DNA of 64,000 bases, from NCBI RefSeq assembly GCF_036971445.1, contig NC_091478.1:78926001-78990000 (forward strand), written 5' to 3'. Positions 1 through 13,474 of the stretch are shown piece by piece. The notes under the pieces are model-generated. The model did not search any database. It saw nothing but the letters and a program-made list of their open reading frames with translations, and was not told the DNA's origin. Position 1 is the first letter of the stretch. Every line of letters starts with the position of its first letter. The position numbers were made by a program, and so were the translations under genes. Source of the DNA: Narcine bancroftii (taxonomy: Eukaryota).

Positions 1-90
1 GTGATTTCGCCAAAGGTTTGAAGTATTTACATGTCATGAGCTAACTCTTCTCACTTCCTTTTCACCAACTTGATCCCAAAGAAGAATTTT

Positions 91-540
91 GGTGGCACGA
101 TTAGCGCATCGTTTAGTGTGACGTGATTATAGCATCAGCGACCCGGGTTCAAATCCAGCGCTGTCTCTAAGGAGTTTGTACGTTCTCCCCATATCTGTGT
201 GGGTTTCCTCCAGGAGCTTCGGTTTCCTCCCACCTTTTAAAATGTACCGAGGATTACAGGTTAATTGGGTGTAATTGGGTGATATGGGCTTGTGGGCTGG
301 AAGCCCTGTTGCCATGCTAAATATTCAGACTGCATGGTTGATGTAGCAGTTATTGCATGCCTTTACAGCGCCAGTGATCGGGATAGGGGTTCGAATCCTG
401 CACTGGTCTCTTTGTGGGTTTTACCCGAGCTCACTGGCTTCCTCCCACCATTCAAAACATACTGGGGGTGTAGGCTAAATGGGTCTAAATTTGGCAGCAC
501 AGACTCATGGGTGATACGTCTAAATTTAAATTTTAAAATT
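91..540 (+). mobile_element. Two tandem tRNA-derived V-SINE (HE1-like) copies
   Basis: B-box-like GGTTC(A/G)AATCC heads and core TGGGTTTCCTCC..GGTTTCCTCCCAC; AT-rich tail. Confidence 0.8.
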
Positions 541-1009
541 TAAAAACATTTAAATGTCTACATTTAAAATTTAAAATAATGAAAAATTGGGCTTGAAGAT
601 TAATACTGAGATAAGAAAGCTCTGTTTTGCATTCTAAACATTTTTTGACCAAAACACCAACAGTATATAACCAAGGCTTCCACGAGTATGGTAGGTGTAT
701 AACATAAAGATAGAATCTGCTCTGGCCAAACTTCCCCATTTGACCTACATGTTAACTCGTCCAGTTGGTGGTGTACTTGCCAACAAGAAATAAAGATGAA
801 TTTCTCCTCCATTTAATTACTTTGCTATGATTACAGAATGAGCCATTTCATTTTAACCAGCACCCTGACTGGGTGTATTTTCTCATGCTAAATTTAAAGG
901 AATAGATGGCATTCCAATCAGTGTAAATGTGTCCAGAGATACTTCACTATTTTAATTGGCTGTCGAATTGCTGACGAATACTTTGGAACCAGAGCAAAGC
1001 AAACAAGCC

Positions 1010-1300
1010 ATTAGATTTCAGATTTATTGTCACATACAACCCTAAGATTCTTCTGCAGGCGAGGCAGAACTATCACTTATTGATAGTGCAAAAAATGGTG
1101 TACAGTGCACAGTGTATACGTTAACAAATAAAGAATGGTAAACAGATAACTAATGTAAACAAACTGTGCAGTACAGAGAGAATTTTTAAAAATTAATATA
1201 TTGCACAAGTAAGAATCCCTGATTGGGTTTGTCGTTGAGGAGTCAGATGGTGGAGAGGGAGCAGCTGTTCCTGAACCTGGTGGTGCGAGTCTTGTGGCAC
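1010..1300 (-). mobile_element. 3' end of a Rex1/Babar-like LINE
   Basis: TTTCAGATTTATTGTC tail and CAGCTGTTCCTGAACCTGGTGGTGCGAGTCTT, antisense-similar to the 3' region of the element ending near 10998. Confidence 0.55.
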
Positions 1301-2229
1301 TTTTTACAATGACAACTGTTGACTGGGGGGAACCTTTTACCTGTTTAATTATTTCCTATAAAGGTTGAGGGTTTTCAATTTAAAAAATCTTTTACACCTT
1401 TGAGAAATTTGCCTTAAAAAAAAGTGTCAGGCAGTTTGAATGTATTGTGGACAGGCAACAGTCAACTCATGACAGTACAACTGCAAAAAAGCAACTTATC
1501 TACATATCAGCTAGAACTAGATAGAAAGAAAGAAATTCGCACCACAGCACAGAGCTGTGAATCACCCTTTTAAAACTGATGCCAGATGCTTGTAACTTTT
1601 GAGAGGGCCGTGAGATTGTCCCCGCAATTACTTTTTAAATTCTCTTGTTTACAATTTATGGAATGGGAAGCCTTAGCAAATTCTGACCAAACGTTGACTT
1701 TCCCTGCAGGAACATTTCACTGGCTAATTGTTGTCTGTCGACTTTTCACCCTCTACGTTACTGCCCCAGGGACACATTGCCCCACCTGTTCACAACATAA
1801 ATATGCCAGGTATGCTACAATCCTTACATGCAGAACATTGACTTTATTCCTAACAGATCTAATCTTAACTCATCTAAATCCAGTGATTTTCCATTCCCTT
1901 CACATCAAAATATTGGAATAAATGAAGTGAATGAGATAATAATTATCCTGGGACAGTCAGACATGTTGCCCTAACTGGTGACCTCAAAGCTCACAACCCT
2001 GAGAGTGATTCCTGAAAACAAAAGGCAGAAGTCTGGTAAAAGGAACCTGACAAACCTGGATCCAGTTTTTTAAAAAAACTTTTGATGTCTGAGGACAGGT
2101 CACATTCCAGACTTACACAAAATGCAGCTGTGTTTGTTTTTAAAGTGATCTTATCGACAGAGTTCTCTTTTCCAAGGATTGACCATGCACTAGAACTCAA
2201 ATTGTAGTCCTACTTTTAAAAAAAGGAAT

Positions 2230-2355
2230 GAATCACGAAAGTCTGCAGATGCTGTGATTGCAGTTAATCTACAAAAGTGATGGAGAAACTCAGCAGGTCC
2301 CACAACGTCCCACAACCAACATTTCGGTCCTGAACCTTTCATCAGAGTATGGCAA
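2230..2355. mobile_element. Penelope-type terminal-repeat fragment
   Basis: TGGAGAAACTCAGCAGGTC...TTTCGGTCCTGAACCTTTCATCAG; related copies near 3700-4080, 5450-5590, 20480-20730, 23270-23370, 27210-27310 and 49930-50180. Confidence 0.55.
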
Positions 2356-2658
2356 AAAGCAGCCAGGTGCTCCTCCCCCGTGCTGTTCTTCCCTCCTCCT
2401 CCCATCTTCTTATTCAGGCTCCTACCTGCTTTTTGCTCATACAAGTCTTCTCTCCAGCACAAACCAAAGGTCAAGGCTCATTCCAGCAAATCATTGGGCT
2501 GCCAGCCACAAATTGAGGGCACTGCTCCCTGTTGCCATCTCTACAGTATCTTCCAAAAAATAATTCTTGCTTGACCATTCAGCAAAGACAAAAAATTCCA
2601 TCGAATTAAGGAAGTCAAGATTGTATTGCAGAGCTGATGGAGTCAAGTTCAATTCCCA

Positions 2659-3017
2659 TGTTGTCTGTAAGGAGGTTGCACATTCTCCTCGTGTCTGCAT
2701 GGGTTTTCCCCGGGGGCTCTGGTTTCCTCCCACTATCCGAAATGTACCGGGCATGCAGGTTAATCAGGGTGTAATTTGGTGGCAAGGACTCAGACGTGGT
2801 TGAGACTTTCATGGTATTAGACTTGGAGATTTTACAAACCATTGATTATTACACTCTTATTACCATCCCAACCCACTAGCAATTCATATTTTTAGATGTT
2901 ACACAGTCATATAATAATTTTTTTTAGTGGACCAAATGAATGTAATGGAATGTAGGAGCCCTGAGAGCTTAAAAGATGCACTGGAAACAGGCCCAGTGAT
3001 TTTAAAGGGAGCATTGG
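2659..3017 (+). repeat. ~358-bp local duplication, copy A (SINE body plus unique flank)
   Basis: Near-identical to 5787..6144. Confidence 0.9.
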
Positions 3018-3111
3018 TTTTGCTTAGTGGATTGTTCTGCCTGTGTGATAGCTGATATGCTAAAATTAGCCTTTGGAAAGGTTCGAGGGAAGGGTGAAAC
3101 CTACTCTTGAT

Positions 3112-3335
3112 TAGCATGGTTAGCGTAGCAGTTAGAGCAATGCCATTACAGCGCCAGCAATCGGGACTTGGGTTCGAATCCGTAGAGTTTGATCATTCTC
3201 CCTGTGCCTGCGTGGGTTTCCTCTAGATGCTCCGGTTTCCTCCCACTGTCCAAAATGTACCGGGATTGCAGGTCAATTGAGCAGCATGGGTTCGTGGGCC
3301 GAAATAGCCTGTTACCATGCTGTATGTCTAAAAAT
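3112..3335 (+). mobile_element. V-SINE (HE1-like)
   Basis: A/B-box head and V-domain core. Confidence 0.8.
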
Positions 3336-5716
3336 TAAAAATTGCAATCCATTAACCCTTTATGGCAATTGTGGGAGCATGGATTTTGAATGAGGATATG
3401 ATTGGACTTGGATTTAATGCTTTCTAAGGAGCAGATACTGGAAAATCAGTACTTTAAGAGAAGCCAAGCATTTTTAAATTTACCCAGAGAAACAAAGTTT
3501 GCAGGTTCCACAACTAATTTCATGTACAATAACTGAGGAGGTGCACTGGGAGGACACACAAGGTCCACATTAGTGGAGGAAAGAGCTCAGCATTTCACCC
3601 ACTATCCACCCATTGTCCTGTCAGCCACCTCCTCCCCCAATTGTGGATAGGACTGCAGTTTCCAATAATGCCCCAGAAGTAGAGTGGAGACATCTCGTGG
3701 AGACACAGGCAGGGTTTCGACGTGAAAAACATCAACCCTCCCTTTGCCTCTGTGGATGCTGCTCGAGTTGCTGAGTTTCTCCAAAAGTTTGTTATAAGCT
3801 GGAAGCAGCTCATCCTCAATCACAAAGGAAGAAGAATGTTTTGTATTTTAAAACAGATGCCAGGAGAGTTTGCAGTCTAAAGTGGCCTGGTTTGATCTCC
3901 GTTAGAGACAAAAATGCACATGCGATGTCCTGTATCGAAACAACGACCTGCTGGAGGAACTCAGCAGGTCCAAAGGTATCTGTGTGTGGGAGTTTGGGAC
4001 GGGAGGGGATGAAAGAATTGTTGATTTTTTTTTTGGCTCAATCCCCTTCATCGTGTCCAAGTGCGATATTCTGTTTATAATTCTGCAACCTTCTGCTAAC
4101 ATCTTCAACTAACATTAAATATGGTGTCGCGTGAACAATTTGAGATTACAGCTGATCTTGAAACGGTGTAAGGAATCATATTAATCTTTGGCATCACTTG
4201 TGATAACAAAAGCTCTTTCCTTTCAAGAGCTCCTAATTCCCTGACTGCTATTATCAGGCCCCTTCTGGTAAAAAATTGGAGAACAGTGCTGACAGAAAAG
4301 TGGGAGTAATATGGGTCTCATAAGATCGTGCACATCCCTTCAAGTAAAATAATACATAGAAGGGATGTTCACGATCTTATGAGACCCATATTAAGGAGAG
4401 GAAAACTTCAAGCCAAAGGGTTAATCTTTAAATTTAGCAGTAATTTAAAAATAAACCAATTGAAGCAACATTGATACACTTTGGTAATGAGAGAGATTAA
4501 ACTGAACCCATTGCAGCTGATTTATATTCACACAGCTATATCAAAGAGCTTTTTCCATTACAAAACAAGAAGGTGCATTTAAATTTTGTAAATTTGAACT
4601 TGGTGACAGAATAAATCAGCAAGATGTTCTTTCACCTTTGACACATGGAATACTGTCCAAAGTGGTTTTCCCCGCATTTTTCTCTATCAGTTGTTCAACA
4701 CTTCACTAAAATAAATTTGGACAGAATAACTCCAGTTTAAAAGAAAAACTGTCCCCAGTGATAGAAGGTTTGATAACCTAAGGACTCAGATTTAGCAGAA
4801 AAGGGGTGGCGGGGGGGGGGGGGGGGTGTTGGAGAATGCAGTCAGAATTTGGATTCATTGCCCAAAACAGATACAATTATTCTTTGTTTTCAGAAGAGAA
4901 AAGACAAAGAGCTCTGGAGAAAAGGCCTGACATTATAGCACTGACAGAGAGCTGATGGGCTGAATGGCCCACTCTGTGCTGTCTTGATTTTACGTTTTTA
5001 TTCCATGACTGTAAAGGTTGCAGGAGAGCGGCCATCTTGATACCTGTGCGCATGCTTGGCATATGCGCAATGCATATTGGAGTTTGGTTGCCGCATGCAT
5101 GAGAGTTAAGGATGCAAATTCAATATTGTCAGGGCACTTAACCCTCACACAACTGAACTCCACTGTACATGTACCAACTAAAGACTCGCACATGTTCACA
5201 GGGATCAAGATGGCCACACCCAGCCTATGGACCCTGGGTCGCTGACTAACATAGTAAGTACATACATTTTGGCTCTTACATGCCCTGTATCCCTGCAATA
5301 GTTTGTCAAATACAACATTTAATTAAAAAATTTGCTTTAAGACTTCGGTACTCCATGCACGAGGGCAAAATTCTGACTTACGTCCATTTCGAGATACTAC
5401 AAATTCTTCAGTCTCAGTTATGGTTGTAAGTCAGGGAGAACTTGTACTATTATCCCATTCTCTCTGGTTTCAATAAACACTCCAGACTCGAGACATTGAC
5501 TGACCATTTCTACCCATGGATGCTGTTTGACCTGCTGAGTTCCTCCAGAAATTGTTTGTCTGTTCAAGATCCCAGTGTCTGCAGTTTTTGAGTTTCTCTC
5601 TTGTTATCAATTTTTGCTTGCACTGCATTTAATATGCAAATTGATTTCTGCTTTTGTATTTTTTCTTCTGTTTTGTTGCTCAATTTACAAAATTGAATAT
5701 ACAAAAATGCAGTAGA

Positions 5717-6144
5717 ACATGGTTGGTGTAGTGGTAAGTGCAACGCTGTTACAGCACCAGTACTCGGGACTGGGGTCCGGATCCCTTGTTGTCTGTAAGA
5801 AGGTTGCACATTCTCCTCGTGTCTGCGTGGGTTTTCCCCGGGGGCTCTGGTTTCCTTCCACTATGCAAAACGTACCGGGGGTGCAGGTTAATCAGGGTGT
5901 AATTTGGTGGCAAGGACTCAGACGTGGTTGAGACTTTCATGGTATTAGAATTGGATATTTTACAGACCATTGATTCTTACTCTTATTACCATCCCAACCC
6001 ACTAGTAATTCATATTTTTAGATGTTACACAGTCATATAATAATTTTTTTCAGTGGACCAAATGAATGTAATGGGAACGTAGGAGCCCTGAGAGCTTAAA
6101 AGATGCACTGGAAACAGGCCCAGTGATTTTAAAGGGATCATTGG
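5717..6144 (+). repeat. V-SINE plus duplication copy B (5787..6144)
   Basis: SINE head from 5717; sequence shared with 2659..3017. Confidence 0.85.
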
Positions 6145-6676
6145 GCTGTGAACCATTTGAAAGAAGGACAGGAAATGGTTCCTCAGTGAATTTAAAGGTG
6201 TATAGTAAGTGCTTAGAATGCTATTGTCCACCTTGTTAGAATGTGTGGACATTTGCCCTTTCTGCAGTCATTGCAAATGAGGCAAGTGTGTTGCGCATTC
6301 ATCAATTCTTCAGATATGAATGTAATGTGGCTGGAACATTAGTAAGGGAATGATCCTTAGCCTGACAAAACTCTAGTCTTGCTAGAGTATCACACAAAAG
6401 GATTTTTTCCAACAATCACATGCTCTATCACAAAAATACATACACCCAGCCTGAACAAATAGTAATAAACAAACAATACTTTGAGTTTCTGATGGGTGGA
6501 ACAAATGAGTGGTTCCTTGCCCATAGAAAAGGTGCAGTTTCATAAAGAGGTAAACATTTCTCTTTTTTAAATTCATGTAAGAGTATACTCACACTGTTTT
6601 ACTTTCTCATTGGAATTCTATATCTGTCAAGACTCTCTGGGATATAATTCATCAATTGTATCCAACTGACACTTGT

Positions 6677-6930
6677 AGCATGGTTAGCTTAGCGGTTAGC
6701 GCAGCACCTTTACAGCTCCAGTGATCAGGACTGGGGTTCGAATCCTGATGTGTGTGTAAGGAGTTTGTACATTCTTCCCGTGTCTGTGTGGGTTTTCCCA
6801 AGGGGCTCCGAATTCAAAATGTACCAGGAGTTGTAAGCCGGTTGGATGTAATTGGGCAGCACGGACTCACGGGCTGAAATGGCCTGTTATCATGGTGTAC
6901 GTCCAAACTAAAAATGTAAAAATTTAAAAA
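6677..6930 (+). mobile_element. V-SINE (HE1-like)
   Basis: Head GGTTAGCGCAGC..GGGGTTCGAATCC, core and TTTAAA tail. Confidence 0.8.
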
Positions 6931-7904
6931 ATAATAATTTAAGTATAAACCTCTGGAAATCTGAAAAGAATTAAATATTCTGGAATTATTCATAGCAATT
7001 ACCAACCTTACAACTAATTGATCCACCTCCTTCTTCTGTTCTTCCATTATAGATTCTCCAAAATCCAAAGTCCAAAGCACAGTATGAATAAAGCTGTTCT
7101 GAGTTATTGGTGGCTATTTGAACAAAAGGGGTTGTTGGGTATTGAATGGTTTAAGGCATTTATTTATGATGCGGTTCCTCTATCAATATAACATAGGTTG
7201 AACAGAAGGAATGACCAATCAAAACTGCAGCAAGAGAAAGAACAAAAGGTGCAGGCTACAAGTGTAGGGGCACCCACAGTTATCCGGGTGCAATAGAAGT
7301 TGGCATCTCCCCCTCCCTCCTGTGAGGTTCAGAATATGTTGTGATTGGACATGAGTCGGTGTCATACTGCACATCTGTGCATGACTTTTTAAGAACTGTC
7401 TGGTATTTGCTTCATTATAAACAGTAGGAACACCAGTTCCCTTTTGCACAAAGGAGTTCTATAACTGACAGACGTTTCTCACTACATTGACAGGGGTGTA
7501 GCCTGAGAAGGACAAAAAAATGTCCTTCCAAAAATGTAATCCCAGCATTCATTCCACACAGTAAGTCCTGAAGTCATTCAACTACATGTCATTGTGATTT
7601 CATTTTATTTATCTAAGTAGATTTCACTGAGAGCTTCACAGACCAACTAATATATAGGACAGAATATCCAAACAAAGTATCAAAGATCAGCAAAAAAAAA
7701 AGAGAGCCAGTCCCTCAAATTCTCACCTTGACATATAGTCACTTTATTTGCTTGGTTTGTGTGAACTTTGCAAACTATTGACTGGACTTGCAAGCTTCAC
7801 ATCCTTGGTGATAAGCAACCCCCATCTGGCTCCTGGTTTATTGGCCCCAAGACCATGGCAGTGGTTACAGAAGAGCCATAGCAGAATCCGCTGCTCTGTT
7901 GGAT

Positions 7905-10900
7905 GAGAACTGGACTGGATCCTTGACTTTCTCATCAGAAGACCACAGTCAGTACGAATTGGAAACATCTCCTCTTCATTGATTATTAACACAGACACAC
8001 CCTAAGGATGCCCACTGCTCTACTCATTATACACTCATGACTGTGCGGCCAGGCGCAATTCCAATGCCATCTACAAGTTTGCCGATGACACCACAGTTGT
8101 CGGCAGAATCACAAACGGCAATGAGGAAGTGTAAAGGATTATCTCCAGCTCTATTAATTTTAGCAATAGAACCACTTGCAGAATTTGTTCGATGGGACCC
8201 AAATATAAGGGGGTTCAGAGTGAACAAGAAAAAAAACATCAAATAAATGTATTTGCTGATGATGTATTAATATATTGACAAATCTGACTGAATCTCTGGA
8301 CAAGTTGCAAGGTATCTTGGAAGATTATGGTAAAGTTTCTGGGTGTAAAATACATTTTGCTAAAAGCCATATTATGCCCCTAAGAAAAGGAGATTGTAGA
8401 CAGTTGCAACAAGGAAGTAAATTTGATTGGCTACAAGGGAGTATTAAATATTTAGGGATAAGGGTAGACAGTAACCTGCAGAATTGATATAAATTGAATG
8501 ACCTCTCCTTGCTTGGAAAGATTGAGGAGGATTTATGAAGATGGAGGAGACTGTCTATTCCTTTGATGGGGCAGCATCCATTGTATTAAAAAGAAAATGA
8601 TGCTAAGTCTTCAATATTTCTTCCAATCCTTGTCCATTTTTATACCAATGAGTTTTTTTTTTAAAGCACCTAACAAGCATGTTAGACAATTTACATGGAA
8701 TTTTGAGATGCCAAGAGTCTCCATAGAAAATCTTATTATGTTTAACTGATTTAAAAAAAACATATTATTTGGCTGCCCAATCAAAATTTATAGCATTTTT
8801 TTTGAGGGCGGGGGATGATCCTGATTTGGGCTCAAATTGTGGGTGAAAAGATAGCAGGAGGTTTCATTTACAAATGGAATATTAAATTATTGCCTGGAAA
8901 GACAGATAACCCCATTCAAAAACACATAATTTAGCTATGGCAACAAATTAGGTCTGAAAGTGGGGTTATCTTCAAAAGCACCCTTGTATGAAAATGAGTT
9001 GATGCCAATGACATTAGGAAATAAAATCCTGGATATGTAGCACCATAAAGGAATCAAGTGTATCGAGAATTGTTATGAACAAGGACAATTTATGACATTT
9101 GAACAACTAAAAACAGATATGATTTGTCAAATAGAACTTTCTTCTGCTGTCTTCAGTTAAGATCTTTTTAAGAGCTAGTTTAGGACTAGCCACGACGCTG
9201 CCAACATGTAGTGACATGGGGGGGCTCTTCTTCGAAAGGGGGTCATAAGTAAATGTATTTCCTATTGCAGAGCAATAGCCCGAAAATGGGCTTGCACAAA
9301 TTGAAGGAAAGGTGGGAGTTGGACTTGGGTGGAAAAGGATTCAAGAACCATAATGATCAAAATTGTGCTCTGATAATATAACATCATTTATTAATGTCAG
9401 ATATAGATTGGTACAATATAATTTTATGCACCAATTATATTTTACACTGCAAAAATTACACGGTTTAAAATATGAAATTTTGGACTCGTGTTTTAGGTGT
9501 GGTACAGAGGTTGGAACATTTATAGATTCAAACTGGCTATATGTGAAAGTAAGATCCTTTTGTTATGACCTGGCAGAAATTTTGACAAAAACTATAGAAG
9601 TGGATTCTCCATTGGAACCAGAACTGTACTTATTGAGCAATCTTATGGTTAATGGCATAAAATGATCAAAATATCAAATATAGTTTGTGAGGATTGCACT
9701 AGCAGTAGTCGAGAAATGTGCAGCTGTTACATGGAAGTCCAACTCCCCCTACTTAATACACACTGGAAAATGGACATACAAAGTGATCCACGAGTGAACC
9801 GGGCTATGGTGGTGCAGGCTCACACTGGGCTGATATCACAATAGTCCTTGTGGGAGGGGCCAAAAAGGATCAAGGGAGCGTTGCTAATCAGCTCTCAGAG
9901 AGTTCCAATAAAGTCAGTTGGTTGGTTCAACTCACTCACAGCTTCTGTGCGGTTTCTCATTTTGTTCGCTGCACAGCACACCGACCATAACAATCTTAGA
10001 AAAAAATATGATGTATTTGTTAAAAAATGGTAACCTTATTTGAATCATACTGGCTTCAGGATATAATTAACTTCCCCGAAAAGATTTAAATAATACATTT
10101 AGGTTAATAATGTTGGATAATCGCTTTTTGTTTTTTTTTAATGTTAGCAGTTGGGAAAGGGGATGAGATTTGGGCAATCATATGAGACTCTGTAATTTTA
10201 AAATACTATTTATATGATGTATGTAAAAATTAAAATAAAATATTGAAAAATAGGAAGTGTACAGGAGAGATAGATCAGCTCATTGAATGGTATAACGACA
10301 ACAACCTTGCGCTCAACGTTAGCAAAACCAAGGAAATGATTGTGGACTTCAGAACGAAGTCAGGGGAACACGACCCAGTCCTCATCGAGGGGCTTAGTAG
10401 TGGAGAGGGTCAAGAACTTCAAATTCCTGGGTGTCAACATCTCCGAGGATCTGTCCTAGAGCCTCCATGTTGATGCAATCTCAAAGAAGGCTTGTCAGCG
10501 GCTTTACTTTATTAGATGTCTAAGGAGGTTCGGTATGTCACCGAAGACTCTCAAAATATATCACTGCCTGGTATGGAGGCACCAACTCTCAGAATAAATT
10601 CCAGAAGGTTGTTAAACTCAGCCTGTGACACACAGGAACAAGACTTCACTTTATCGAGGACATCTACGTAAGGAAGTGTCTTAAAAAAGTTGCTTCTATC
10701 CTCAAAGACCCCCACCTCCCAGCCATACCCTCTTCACTTTGCTACCATTGGGAAAAAGGTATGGGAGCCTAAAAACAAGCTCTCAACGGCACAAGGACAG
10801 CTTCTTTTCCGTTGTAATCAGACTCCTGAATAATCAGTGAACCAAAGACACTGCCTTACTTTTTGTGCACTAATTTTATTTTTTATTTAGGGTAATGTTG

Positions 10901-10998
10901 TAAGATGGTTATAATATGAATGTTTGCACTACGAAGCTGCCGCAAAACACCAAATTTCATGACTTGTTCATGACAATAAATTCTAATTCTGATTCTGA
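7905..10998 (+). mobile_element. Decayed Rex1/Babar-like LINE interrupted by an L1
   Basis: RT motif YKFADDTTVVGRI before 8133 resumes after 10261 as ...NNLALNVSKTKEMIVDFR; TTCTGA-type tail. Confidence 0.8.
8134..10251 (+). mobile_element. 5'-truncated, decayed L1-clade LINE nested in the Rex1-like element
   Basis: LSPALLILAIEPLA, FADDVLIY, IKYLGI and Cys-rich CFRCG motifs; A-rich tail; TSD AGGAAGTGTA at 8124-8133 and 10252-10261. Confidence 0.88.
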
Positions 10999-11499
10999 GC
11001 AGGAGTCCAACTTTTTGTCCCTTGAGCCTGTTCCCTCACTTAATAAGGTCATAGCTGATCTAATTGTAACTGCAATCTTTGTTTTCTGGTTTATCTTTCG
11101 AGAGCTTATCTACCTCAATCTCAAAAATATTCTGACACTGTCTTTTGAGGGTTTCAAAGATTTACTTTCCTGTAAGGGAAATCAGTTTGCCTGATCTTTG
11201 ACTTAAATGGATAACCCTTTATTTTTAAACAATGGCCCATGCTTCATTATTCTTTCATAATAAGAAATATCATCTCTGTATCCACCCGGAAAATAGATAT
11301 TTTTATATTTTAACCAAATTCCTCTCTTTTTCCTAAATAGCAACAAATGATAGAAAATCTAGCCTTTCTTTTAAAAAATATCTTCAGACAACCAGCCCAT
11401 TAAGGTTATTGGCTCCAATAAACCTTCTCTGAACTGTTTCCAAAGAATAGTTCTAAAATGACAATTCAGAAATAAGAATTCAAGCATGCCTCAAAATTA

Positions 11500-13010
11500 G
11501 TTTATGTGTAAACATATTAGGAGGTTTCTGTGAGAGAATTAACCTGAAATTATGAACTCGGAGGATTAAAGCTCTCAGACTTTAAAAAATACTATTGGGC
11601 AAACCAAATGAAGTTCATCACCTCCATCTTTGATGGAGGAGACAAGTCAACTTGGGTAAAGTTAGAACTGCATAAGGTTGATGAGAAGTTGGCAGAAAAT
11701 GTTATGTATAAATGGAATTCTAAATTACTATCTGGTTCTAAGGAAGCTTCCTTACTAAAACATATAATTACAATTTGGAATAAACTCAATGGTCAAATTG
11801 GTGCTAGGGGAGGGCCTCTCACCCAAAACACCCCTAACTCAAAGTAAATTAATTGATAATAAAATTCTACAAACTTAGTCTCAGAGTAGAATCAAATATA
11901 TCGAAGATCGTTTTGAGCAGGGACAATTTATGACATTTGAACAGATCAGGAATAAATTTGGAGTTTTAAATATATCCTTTTTCTGCTATCTTCAGTTAAG
12001 ATCTTATTTAAAGGATAAATTATTTCCACCACTGACCTTACTGCAATGTACTGAAATAAAAACTTTGGTTTGTGTTGGGACAGCATGAGCAATACAATTA
12101 ATGTAAGGTATAGGCTGGTGCAATATAATTTTGTAACAGCTGTACCTTACTCTGTAAAACTCAAATAAATTGAAATCTGAATTATCTAATTTATATTTTC
12201 GACGTGGTCAAGATATAGGGATTTTTTTTGCATTTGACCTGGTCATGCCTTAAGGTAAGATCCTTCTGGGAATATTTGTGGAATCTCCTGGAACAAATAA
12301 CTTGAATTCAATAACCTCAGGGGCCAGATTGTTTTTATTGGGGAAATTAGCAGATACAATAACTAAAATGAAGCTGTTGAAATATCATTTGAAATTTGTT
12401 AAACTCACTTTAATGGGGTCAGGGTCAGGAAATGCATAGCCATTATTTGGAAATCTGATTCCCAAATGAGTCTGACCTGCTGGAAGTCAGAAATGCATTG
12501 CTGCGTTCCCCTGGGGAAGATTACTTATAACCTCCGAAATTGTTACAGCATGTTATTAAGATATGGAACCCATATTTAAGATACATGGGGGTTAACTTTT
12601 GATGATTCCCCCCTCCGGTCTCCAATACCACTATCTTCAGTTTCCTTAGTGATGTCTATGTCAAGACATTTATCCCTTAAGTGAGCTCTGGATAAATCAC
12701 TGAATGTTTCATTCCTGCTTTTGGACAACAGATGATTTTGTCACTTTGTATCATAGAATTACCTCTTCTTTTTCTTTTTCCTTTGGGGAGGGGTGTCTTT
12801 CTCTTTTCTTTTTTCTCTTTTTTAAAAATTTCCTACTTTTCTTTGAAGGATTGGCACGGTGTGTAATTTTGTATTCATAACCAATAGTGCAGAACTTGAT
12901 AACTGTGATAATGTGTTGATTCTTCCTTCTTTGTATCTCAACGTGTAGTTTACTTTTGATTTACTTGATTTTGTTTGTTGATTGAAAATCCTTAATAAAA
13001 ATAATTAATT
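11500..13010 (+). mobile_element. 5'-truncated, decayed L1 (ORF2 C-terminal half and 3' UTR)
   Basis: GGLKLSDFKKYYWA, YKWN and FEQGQFMTFEQ, similar to the L1 at 8134; AATAAA and A-rich end. Confidence 0.8.
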
Positions 13011-13295
13011 AGGTTATGTGGCGTGGCCATAACTATAATTCGGAAAATGAGTAGAAATTTCAACCCATTCCAATGCATGGTTATGCCCTGCATCATTCTT
13101 GCAGGTTCAAGGTATCTTAGAAATGATAGTTGCTACAAATATCAGAGACTCCAGTTCACACTGGATCAGAAGTGCAATTAATGCATCTAAGTTTTGGGTT
13201 GTAAACTACACTGACACAGATATTAGAGCTCCAATTTTGAATCGTTCAAATTTATTCTCAAAGTACATACATGAGATCATATACAAATCTAATAT

Positions 13296-13474
13296 GCTTT
13301 TTAGACAGCCCTTTCATTCTGGGTAATTTGCTCCTTTTTAACAGAATGTCTGCTGTCTAAAGAGCACTGAGACTGAATGGGGGGGGGGGGGGGAGGGAGG
13401 GAGTCATTCCAGTCCCGGATGTTTACCGGCAGCACACCTAGTAACATTCCTGGAATGCCGGCTGTGTAAAAGGC
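13296..13474. mobile_element. MITE-like element with imperfect TIRs (possibly PIF/Harbinger-type)
   Basis: GCTTTTTAGACAGCC ... GGCTGTGTAAAAGGC; shares TTCCTGGAATGC..GGCTGTGTAAAA with 16856-16921. Confidence 0.45.

Noticed and set aside
91-410. tRNA genes at the GGTTCGAATCC boxes here and elsewhere
   Set aside because: No complete cloverleaf; each box continues into the shared V-SINE core.
8027-12600. Reverse-transcriptase-like ORFs as functional or domesticated genes
   Set aside because: Many stops and frameshifts and 5' truncation; ordinary decayed LINE copies.
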